Source: Candidatus Omnitrophota bacterium
Lineage (GTDB): Bacteria; Omnitrophota; Gorgyraeia; JAGLLT01
Reading direction: 5' to 3'
Assembly (NCBI GenBank): GCA_023140385.1
Contig: JAGLLT010000025.1
Span: forward strand, 1-34,145
Length of the DNA stretch: 34,145 nucleotides
Below, in pieces: positions 6,857 through 14,055 of this stretch. Position numbers and translations under genes: made by a program. The notes under the pieces were generated by a model. It saw only the letters and a list, made by a program, of their open reading frames with translations. It did no database searches and was not told the DNA's origin. Numbering within the stretch: the first letter of the stretch is position 1; each line of letters starts with the position of its first letter.

Positions 6857-7867
6857 TTGGTGCAATTGAAAGCACAACAACAAAGAAAAAAATTTTTAGA
6901 AATTTACAACTTGGAATTTCCTCCATATATTAAGAAGCTAACCATTGGCGATTATAAATTTAAAAGAATAGGGAACTACAAAGAAGCTTCTGATAATATG
7001 ATGTGGCTCTTAACTTCATATGGAAGCGAATTTGATAGACAAACGAAAACAGGTTCACATCAAGTTACTGCAATTGTTGAAGTTCCGCAAACAGAAAAAA
7101 AATGCGAGTTGCCTTGGGGTGATAAAAAGTCAACACAGCTATACGATGTTTTATTTTTATTAACAATTTTTACTGGAAGGAATGTTTTTGAAAAGAATTG
7201 GGATGATGAGAATGATATTGCTATCATCCAAGATTACAGAATGCATCAGTATGGTGGCCAGTTAATTACGTCGTTGAATGGTGAATGGGTTTTTATGAAT
7301 ATAGATACTGGTGAATTTAGATCAGAAGAAGAAATAAAAGGCATGGACAACGTGGAGCAAATGGATTGGAATAAAGTCGATATTGGATTTGAGAAAAATT
7401 TAAATCAAGTTTTAAATAAAATCTCTAGTAAAAGTTGGCAAGACGAGTACGAAGGCGGCTATTTTTTATTATTGTTTAAATCGGCAATGCAAAGACAGAT
7501 TATTGGAACATCTTTTATTTTATGCTGGACAGTTTGGGAGCATATTTTCGCCATTAAAAATCGTAATTGGTTAGATGATAAAACTATTGAACAGATGAGT
7601 AGTGATAAAAAAATCAGTTATATATTAAACAAATATTTTTTAAAGGATATTGATGATGGTGCTAGAAAAAATATACAGAGAATTAATAAAACGAGAAACA
7701 GGTTAGTTCATTTTGGTAAGAAAACAGATAATGTTGATTTTGCAGAAATGAACATGTTTATTCGATTAACTGAGCAATTAATAGCTACTATTTTAGGTTT
7801 GCGGCCGTCAAATCTTTTTAATTCATTTGATGAGTTAGATAATTTTTTAAAAAAAAGTAAACATTAG
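6857..7867 (+). CDS. HEPN-domain protein (ApeA-like architecture), putative RNase
   Basis: C-terminal helical region with FILCWTVWEH and the RNRLVH (Rx4H) motif; AT-rich; start codon uncertain. Confidence 0.7.
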   Translation: MVQLKAQQQRKKFLEIYNLEFPPYIKKLTIGDYKFKRIGNYKEASDNMMWLLTSYGSEFDRQTKTGSHQVTAIVEVPQTEKKCELPWGDKKSTQLYDVLFLLTIFTGRNVFEKNWDDENDIAIIQDYRMHQYGGQLITSLNGEWVFMNIDTGEFRSEEEIKGMDNVEQMDWNKVDIGFEKNLNQVLNKISSKSWQDEYEGGYFLLLFKSAMQRQIIGTSFILCWTVWEHIFAIKNRNWLDDKTIEQMSSDKKISYILNKYFLKDIDDGARKNIQRINKTRNRLVHFGKKTDNVDFAEMNMFIRLTEQLIATILGLRPSNLFNSFDELDNFLKKSKH

Positions 7868-7894
7868 GAGGGTAAATGTTTAGTAAGCAATACG

Positions 7895-7915
7895 AAAAGG
7901 GGACAGATACCTTTT
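7895..7915. repeat. GGGGACA-type boundary motif
   Basis: AAAAGGGGACAGATACCTTTT; related copies at 8387-8409, 9051-9068, 9904-9925, 10811-10822 (reverse) and 16311-16353 (inverted pair). Confidence 0.6.
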
Positions 7916-7945
7916 AATAATATCTTAGGTGTAATAAAGTATATA

Positions 7946-7992
7946 ATATTAAAATTCCTTAAAAAATGAAGTTCGCATATTAACTGTTAGAT
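7946..7992 (+). promoter_or_regulatory. attI-like entry module, copy B
   Basis: 7946-7988 matches 9999-10041 at 36/43 ungapped; it ends TTAACT|GTTAGAT (perfect GTTRRRY); TATAAT at 7942. Confidence 0.65.
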
Positions 7993-8021
7993 GAAAGAGT
8001 ATAAATAAAAGGAGGTAAATC

Positions 8022-8363
8022 ATGGAGAACACATCGGGTCAAGGAGAATCGGCAATTGTTCCTGCTGAAATTAAAGGATGGAATTGGGGAGCTTTCTTGT
8101 TAAGCTGGATATGGGCTATAGGGAACAACACATGGATTGGCTTGTTAGCATTAATTCCCTATGCAGGATTTGTAATGGCAATAATACTTGGAATTAAAGG
8201 AAAAGAGTGGGCTTGGAAGAATAAGAAATGGGAAAGTGTGGATCATTTCCAGAGAGTGCAAAAAAAATGGGCATATTGGGGAGTCGCTATCTGTTTATTC
8301 TTTTTTGTAGTAGGTCTTCTCGCATCAATAATTGTACCTATATTAGTAAACATGAGACAATAA
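8022..8363 (+). CDS. Trp-rich small membrane protein (WNWGAF family, DUF2628-like)
   Basis: GWNWGAFLLSWIWAIGN, GKEWAWK and QKKW motifs; hydrophobic helices; AAGGAGGT RBS. Confidence 0.8.
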   Translation: MENTSGQGESAIVPAEIKGWNWGAFLLSWIWAIGNNTWIGLLALIPYAGFVMAIILGIKGKEWAWKNKKWESVDHFQRVQKKWAYWGVAICLFFFVVGLLASIIVPILVNMRQ

Positions 8364-8488
8364 AACCATTTAACACCTATATAAAACAGGGGACACTGGA
8401 CTTACCCTGACAAGACGGACAATTAATTAACCTTATTTCTTTACTCATACTTTACAGGGCTAACATATAACCCAGACTTAATCCCCCC

Positions 8489-8547
8489 CCATGCAAACTT
8501 CCTATAATTGAACTTGAAAGAAGTGCGGTTGCGATGTATTATATATA
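8489..8547 (+). promoter_or_regulatory. 59-bp repeated sigma70-type promoter block, copy 1
   Basis: 55/59 identical to 10856-10914; TTGAAA(8514)-17 bp-TATTAT(8537); followed by TAATT|GTTAGGA at 8554. Confidence 0.8.
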
Positions 8548-8566
8548 GTAATTGTTAGGAGAAAAA

Positions 8567-9040
8567 ATGAATAAAAGAATTATACTTGCTTTAATTCTAA
8601 GTAGCTCAATAATTGGGTGCGCGACACGCTTAGTTCAACAGCAATCTAGCAATACATCAATAAATGAAGAGTTTTCTCCGACTGATCCTTTTAAATGGGA
8701 AAACTTAACGCCAATAGAATTCCTAAACTATTTAAAAGAACGCCAAGGAACGCTACTTACAATTTGGGAACCGGCCCCAAGAGACTGGATAAAAAAAGAA
8801 CATATTCCAAAGCTAATGGAGCTCATAGAATCAAACACACCTTGCGCCCATACGGTCGCCGCAATATCATCTTGTCTGCCGCCACCAAAATCCACCATTG
8901 GAGATGAAGCAATATTTCTTATAGATGGTTTTATTGAAGGTAGATATCCGCCGGGTCTTTATTCAAAAGGAAAATCAAAACAAAAAATTGAAAGCATAAA
9001 AGAATGGTATGAAGAATGGAAAAGAAATAAAAAACTATAA
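8567..9040 (+). CDS. Putative lipoprotein, function unknown
   Basis: AGGAG RBS, then MNKRIILALILSSSIIG-C lipobox-like signal; start moved from the ORF-track TTG to ATG 8567. Confidence 0.7.
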   Translation: MNKRIILALILSSSIIGCATRLVQQQSSNTSINEEFSPTDPFKWENLTPIEFLNYLKERQGTLLTIWEPAPRDWIKKEHIPKLMELIESNTPCAHTVAAISSCLPPPKSTIGDEAIFLIDGFIEGRYPPGLYSKGKSKQKIESIKEWYEEWKRNKKL

Positions 9041-9102
9041 CAATTTCAAGAAAAAGGGGGCACCTTTTCCATTTAAATCCCCTTAAAGAGGTGAGAAGTA
9101 AA

Positions 9103-9357
9103 ATGAAATTAAATTTTTCAAGAAATGACTTTAAAGATGCATTTATAGGGATGGTAATACTTAGTATTATACTCAGTGTACTCTATTGTGCTATACTTCT
9201 ATTGCCTAATCAGTTCGGAGTGCATGACGAATGGAAAGTCACTCTATTGGCAACCACAAAGGAGCATTGGCCTATTTTTCTTGGTGGTATAATGGTTATA
9301 AGTCTTTTCTATAGTATATTGGAGTTAGTAAAAAAAATAAAAAAAAGACATAAATGA
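9103..9357 (+). CDS. Small two-helix membrane protein, function unknown
   Basis: Two hydrophobic segments and a basic C-terminus; GAGGTG upstream; start could be 9091 or 9103. Confidence 0.6.
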   Translation: MKLNFSRNDFKDAFIGMVILSIILSVLYCAILLLPNQFGVHDEWKVTLLATTKEHWPIFLGGIMVISLFYSILELVKKIKKRHK

Positions 9358-9463
9358 AAACAAAGTTAAAAGTTGACCATAAGCCGTTTAAAAAACTTGC
9401 AAAGAATTCCCCCTTTGCCCCTTTGTTTCTGTAAAGCTAATTTAGGATTATATTAAAACAGTG

Positions 9464-9889
9464 ATGAAAGAGGAAATTTATTCAAAAGATTTAGGGATCA
9501 ATCTTAAAACGGGCGGGGAGGAAGAAATCTTTAAATGGTTTTTAGCTTGTTTACTCTTCGGAAAACCCATTCAGCAGAAGGTTGCTAAAAGGGCCTACTT
9601 TGAATTTGAAAAAGAAGGAATTTTGAGCCCGGAGAAAATCTTAAAAGCCGGCTATGATAAATTAGTTGAGATATTAGACAAAGGTCATTATGTGCGTTAT
9701 GATTTCTCTACTGCCAACAAATTATTAGATATTTGTAAAAAATTGAAAAAAGATTATGGAAGTCTATCCAATCTTCTTAAAAAGGCTAAAGACAAAAAAG
9801 AGGTAGAAAAAACACTCCAAGAATTTAAGGGGATAGGGCCGGTGACCATCAAAATATTTTTAAGAGACCTTTGCAATAAAACTAACTAG
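9464..9889 (+). CDS. Helix-hairpin-helix (HhH-GPD/endonuclease III-like superfamily) protein
   Basis: FKWFLACLLFGKPI, GHYVRYD and the terminal HhH motif LQEFKGIGPVTIKIFL; the protein ends right after the HhH. Confidence 0.7.
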   Translation: MKEEIYSKDLGINLKTGGEEEIFKWFLACLLFGKPIQQKVAKRAYFEFEKEGILSPEKILKAGYDKLVEILDKGHYVRYDFSTANKLLDICKKLKKDYGSLSNLLKKAKDKKEVEKTLQEFKGIGPVTIKIFLRDLCNKTN

Positions 9890-9960
9890 AAAAAGGGAAA
9901 AAGAAAAAAGGGATAGGCGCCTTTTGCCGCCTGGATATTACATATAATTAAGCATCCAGC

Positions 9961-10045
9961 TTGAAAGTTTAATATATTTTATGTATAATATGTGTGTGAT
10001 ATTAAAGTACCTTAAAAAAAGAAGTTGGGGTATTAATTGTTGTAT
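9961..10045 (+). promoter_or_regulatory. Promoter plus attI-like entry module, copy C
   Basis: TTGAAA(9961)-17 bp-TATAAT(9984), then the 43-bp block shared with 7946-7988, ending TTAATT|GTTGTAT. Confidence 0.7.
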
Positions 10046-10072
10046 TATAAAAATCTTTAAAGAGAAAGATAA

Positions 10073-10786
10073 ATGAACTCACCTAATTTAAGACGCGAAG
10101 TTAGATATGGAATGCCGGCAGCAGACCAAGTAATGTTTAATAGATATTATGTGCTAGGTTATTCATATTATTTTCGTCAGGCAAAGTGGGCCTTAGAAAT
10201 TGTAGATCCTGATAATCTTGGCTTAGATCGTTCAGATAACTTTCGTCCAGATTATCGAATTCCAGATATGTTTCGCGCCGACCTTGTTGATTATGCTGGA
10301 TCCGGCTACGATCGCGGGCATCTTGTTGCAAGTGCTAATCAGAGAGAAACAGAATTACAAAATAGTGAAACATTCCTTTTGTCCAATATGTCTCCTCAGA
10401 GACCTCGATTCAATAGAAACACTTGGAGAGAATTGGAAGCTGAAGTCAGAAATTTAGACGCAAAGTCTAGAATATTAGAAACGTATGTTATCTGTGGCCC
10501 TATTTTTTATTTCGATCAGCCAGTCGAAGGTATAGGTGCTGACGACCCGAATGAAGTAACCATACCAATACCACACGCATATTTTAAATCTATTTTGACT
10601 GAGAATAATAAAGGGGCTTTGCATATGTGGTCATTTGTATTACCAAACGAAGAATCTGATCAATCACTTGACACGTTTTTAGTTCCAACAACACTTGTTG
10701 AAAAATTAGCCGGCATCAAGTTGTGGGAACAGCTGGTAGGTAAGAAAATTGATAAAGAAAAATCAAGGGTTCGTAGAATGTGGTAA
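10073..10786 (+). CDS. DNA/RNA non-specific endonuclease (NucA/EndoG beta-beta-alpha-metal family)
   Basis: SGYDRGHL, ETFLLSNMSPQ...FNR..W..LE, VICGPIF and IP..YFK motifs; no signal peptide. Confidence 0.93.
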   Translation: MNSPNLRREVRYGMPAADQVMFNRYYVLGYSYYFRQAKWALEIVDPDNLGLDRSDNFRPDYRIPDMFRADLVDYAGSGYDRGHLVASANQRETELQNSETFLLSNMSPQRPRFNRNTWRELEAEVRNLDAKSRILETYVICGPIFYFDQPVEGIGADDPNEVTIPIPHAYFKSILTENNKGALHMWSFVLPNEESDQSLDTFLVPTTLVEKLAGIKLWEQLVGKKIDKEKSRVRRMW

Positions 10787-10855
10787 AATTTCCAAGGATA
10801 TAACATTTATATGTCCCCTAAATCGGGGGAAGTCCACTCTGTCTCTCCATGCTAA

Positions 10856-10914
10856 CCATGCAAACTTCATATAATTGAGCTTGAAAGAAGCGCGTTTGCG
10901 ATGTATTATATATA
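10856..10914 (+). promoter_or_regulatory. 59-bp repeated promoter block, copy 2
   Basis: 55/59 identical to 8489-8547; TTGAAA(10881)-17 bp-TATTAT(10904). Confidence 0.8.
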
Positions 10915-10954
10915 TGCGCTATTAAATACTGGACAAAAATAAAAGGAGAATCAC

Positions 10955-11386
10955 TTGAAATATTTGATTATTTTATTGATAATTATCGCGATCGCGTTTA
11001 TAGCATTTACATACAGCCAAAGAAATCTAAACGCGCCGGATAACGCGATAGTAATAATAAAACCATATTGGCATAATGAAACATGGGTCTTTGATGATAA
11101 AAGAGTGAATTTATATCAAGAACCATTTGTAGCGGGAATACCTGAAATGATTAATCATATGACAAAAGATATTCCCAACGCTAAAAATGGATTTAGATTA
11201 TTGTTTTCAGCTAATTCATTTCCAGCTTATCAAATGAAATTAATCTGGATACGAGAAGAGAGTGGTGGAAATTGGTATTATTTAGAGGATTTACAAACGG
11301 AAGGCTGGTTATGTCCAGCTTTATTTAAGTATTACAAAAAGACTCCAAAAGAAATATACGCTAAAGCAGAGGCAATAAATGAATGA
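10955..11386 (+). CDS. Conserved hypothetical protein (resembles DUF6717) with N-terminal membrane anchor
   Basis: PY....WVFDD....L..EPFVAG, F.LLFSA..FP, GGNWY and GWLCPAL.KY motifs (family name from recall); AAGGAG RBS with TTG start. Confidence 0.7.
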   Translation: MKYLIILLIIIAIAFIAFTYSQRNLNAPDNAIVIIKPYWHNETWVFDDKRVNLYQEPFVAGIPEMINHMTKDIPNAKNGFRLLFSANSFPAYQMKLIWIREESGGNWYYLEDLQTEGWLCPALFKYYKKTPKEIYAKAEAINE

Positions 11387-11475
11387 TTATCCACCTAATT
11401 AGTTAATGCACCCGACCCTGAAGTGTCGGGGCGGGGGAATTTAAGTGTTCAAAGGAGAGAAAAGGGAGGTTGAAT

Positions 11476-11868
11476 ATGCGCTTGGAAGTATTTTCGTTAT
11501 GCGACGCGGCAACGGCCGACACAGGAAAGCTAAATATTTTAGGGGCTTTTGATATAATCTGGAGTTCAAAAATGCCGGCGATCCATCCACAATGCACTAT
11601 CGCTCTTAGAATTAGATTTGACGCGATTGAAAGGGGTGAACATAAAATTTCTGTTAATTTTGTAGATATAGACGGTAAGCACGTCCTTCCACCGGCTAAC
11701 GGCATAATTAAAGTCAATTTTCCCGATGAACAAAGCTCCGGTTCATCTCATCTAATCCTCAACATTCAAAGATTAAAGCTGGAAAAATATGGAGAATACT
11801 CTATAGACTTAGCTATAGATGGAAGAAGTGAAGCATCGCTGCCACTTTTTGTCAAAAAAAGACAATAA
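11476..11868 (+). CDS. Conserved hypothetical beta-sandwich protein (resembles DUF6941)
   Basis: LCDAA....GKLNILGAFD and C-terminal G.YSI.L.IDG pattern (family name from recall); GGAGGT RBS before ATG 11476. Confidence 0.7.
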   Translation: MRLEVFSLCDAATADTGKLNILGAFDIIWSSKMPAIHPQCTIALRIRFDAIERGEHKISVNFVDIDGKHVLPPANGIIKVNFPDEQSSGSSHLILNIQRLKLEKYGEYSIDLAIDGRSEASLPLFVKKRQ

Positions 11869-11907
11869 TGTAGGGCAGGTCCACTGAGCTATCCCGGAGG
11901 ACATAAT

Positions 11908-12270
11908 ATGAAGAAAACGTGGGTTCCTAAAATTATAGCCATTCTAATAACAACTGTTATAGTTACAACTACTATACATTTAAGTCATTTGACAGGAGGA
12001 AGTCTTGTTCGAAAGAAATTATTGAACGATGAAAAACTTGTGAAAGTTTTAGATTATATTAAGGAATCTGGAGTTAAAATACAAGATATTTCCTTAGCCG
12101 GCAAAGAGCCGCCAACGTATCCAAGTTTTTTTGTTTTTATATTTTTGCTTGTTTCCCTTTTTTTGGGCATTCATTTTGTTAGCATGAAGATTGTAAAAAA
12201 ACTTTTTAATATCTGCCGACAATCGCGCGAATGCCTATTGAAATTGAAATCGGAGGAACGCAATACTTGA
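11908..12270 (+). CDS. Hypothetical membrane protein
   Basis: GGAGG RBS; N-terminal and C-terminal hydrophobic helices. Confidence 0.55.
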   Translation: MKKTWVPKIIAILITTVIVTTTIHLSHLTGGSLVRKKLLNDEKLVKVLDYIKESGVKIQDISLAGKEPPTYPSFFVFIFLLVSLFLGIHFVSMKIVKKLFNICRQSRECLLKLKSEERNT

Positions 12271-12388
12271 ATTTAGTAATGGATAGTGTAAAAGATGTTC
12301 CTCTATTATGCTTAGAGATGTTTTTGTATCTTTTTAGCGGATGATAGTGTATGATGATTAAAGTAAATTATTAAAAAAGAGAGATATT

Positions 12389-13981
12389 ATGGAAAAGAAA
12401 AAGAGATTTAATGAACTTGGGCTTTCAGCAAAGGTGTTGGAGGCAATTAATAAAAAGGGTTTTGAAGAGCCAACCGCGATTCAGGCTCTGACTATCCCTG
12501 TTATGTTAAGAGATGATACTAATATCATTGCTCAGGCTCAAACAGGTACAGGCAAAACAGCCGCGTTTGGGTTACCTCTGATAGAAATGATTAACGCGGA
12601 TTCCAAAACAGTTCAGGCGCTAATCCTGGCTCCTACACGAGAGTTAGCCATTCAGGTATCGGAAGAAATCAATTCACTCAAAGGGAAGAAGGATATCAAA
12701 ATAGTTCCTATATATGGCGGCCAGTCTATTGATCAGCAGCTGCGCAGACTGAAAAAAGGTGTGCATATTGTTGTTGGAACTCCGGGCAGGATAATTGATC
12801 ATCTTAACAGAAGAACGCTAAAGCTTGGAGAAATTGAGCATTTGATACTTGATGAGGCGGATGAAATGCTTAATATGGGATTCATCGAAGATATGGAAAA
12901 AATAATGAAGTATACAAATCCCAAGAAAAGAACACTCTTGTTTTCCGCGACAATGCCCAAAAGGATAAAGGACCTTGCCCACAAATACATGGAAGGTTAT
13001 GAGTTTCTCGCGGTTAAGGCAGAGCAGTTGACAACTAATCTCACCGAGCAAATATACTTCGAGGTAAAAGTTTCTGACAGGTTTGAGGCGCTATGCAGGA
13101 TAATAGATATTGAAGATGAGTTTTACGGATTAGTTTTCTGCAGAACAAAGAGTAATGTTGATTCTGTTTCAGGCCATTTAATAGATAGAGGATATGACGC
13201 GGGAGCTATTCATGGAGATATTTCACAGGCGCAAAGAGAAAGAACTCTGGATAAATTCAGGAAACAAAGAGTTCGTATTCTTATAGCAACGGATGTTGCC
13301 GCTCGCGGAATTGATGTTATTAATCTCACCCACGTTATCAACTATTCACTGCCTCAAGACCCGGAGTCGTATGTTCATCGAATAGGCCGTACAGGAAGGG
13401 CCGGGAGTGAGGGTACGGCTATTACGTTTATTACCCCTAGTGAGTATAATAAGCTGATGCATATACAGCGGTTTGCCAAGACTGATATTAAGAAATCAAA
13501 AGTACCGCAGGTAAAAGATATCATCGAATCCAAAAAGAAAAAGATACATGATGATCTGACAGCTGTTCTTAATGATAAGATTGATCCTAATTATTATAAC
13601 TGGGCTAAGAAATTACTTGAGAATAATAACCCCCCGGAAATATTAGCCGCGATATTAAACCATTGCTTCGAAGAAGAGCTTAATCCTAATACTTATGGTG
13701 TGATAAAAGATGTCAGTGGAAAAGGAAAGCAGCTTGATCAACAGGGCAAAGCAAGGCTTTTTGTAGCGCTTGGCAAGAAAGACAAGATGAATGCCAAAAA
13801 ACTTGTTGAGCTTATTATGAGCAAGGTTTCAGTTAAGTCCAAACATATCAGTGATGTACAGGTAATGGAAAAATTCTCTTTTATAACAGTTCCTTTTGAA
13901 AAAGCGGAAAAAATCGTTGTCAGCTTTAGGGAGAAGGGTAAAAAACCGCTGATCAGTCATGCTAAGAAAACCAAAAAGTAA
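12389..13981 (+). CDS. DEAD-box RNA helicase with C-terminal DbpA-type RNA-binding domain (DeaD/CsdA-like)
   Basis: Q motif GFEEPTAIQ, AQTGTGKT, PTRELA, TPGR, DEAD, SAT, ARGID and HRIGRTGRAG; C-terminal RLFVALGKKD...FSFITV. Confidence 0.96.
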   Translation: MEKKKRFNELGLSAKVLEAINKKGFEEPTAIQALTIPVMLRDDTNIIAQAQTGTGKTAAFGLPLIEMINADSKTVQALILAPTRELAIQVSEEINSLKGKKDIKIVPIYGGQSIDQQLRRLKKGVHIVVGTPGRIIDHLNRRTLKLGEIEHLILDEADEMLNMGFIEDMEKIMKYTNPKKRTLLFSATMPKRIKDLAHKYMEGYEFLAVKAEQLTTNLTEQIYFEVKVSDRFEALCRIIDIEDEFYGLVFCRTKSNVDSVSGHLIDRGYDAGAIHGDISQAQRERTLDKFRKQRVRILIATDVAARGIDVINLTHVINYSLPQDPESYVHRIGRTGRAGSEGTAITFITPSEYNKLMHIQRFAKTDIKKSKVPQVKDIIESKKKKIHDDLTAVLNDKIDPNYYNWAKKLLENNNPPEILAAILNHCFEEELNPNTYGVIKDVSGKGKQLDQQGKARLFVALGKKDKMNAKKLVELIMSKVSVKSKHISDVQVMEKFSFITVPFEKAEKIVVSFREKGKKPLISHAKKTKK

Positions 13982-14055
13982 TGACTTAATATTCAATCTT
14001 CTGTAAATTGCAGCGACACAATACTAATTTCCTTTCCTAAAGTATCTAAAATACA

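Noticed and set aside
8022..8363. Ribonuclease G label that I recall being attached to similar proteins
   Set aside because: It is a 113-aa hydrophobic protein with no S1 or RNase E/G catalytic domain.
11393..11399. ACCTAAT as an attC stub after the DUF6717-like gene
   Set aside because: It lacks the invariant AAC, and no matching GTT core was found upstream of the gene.
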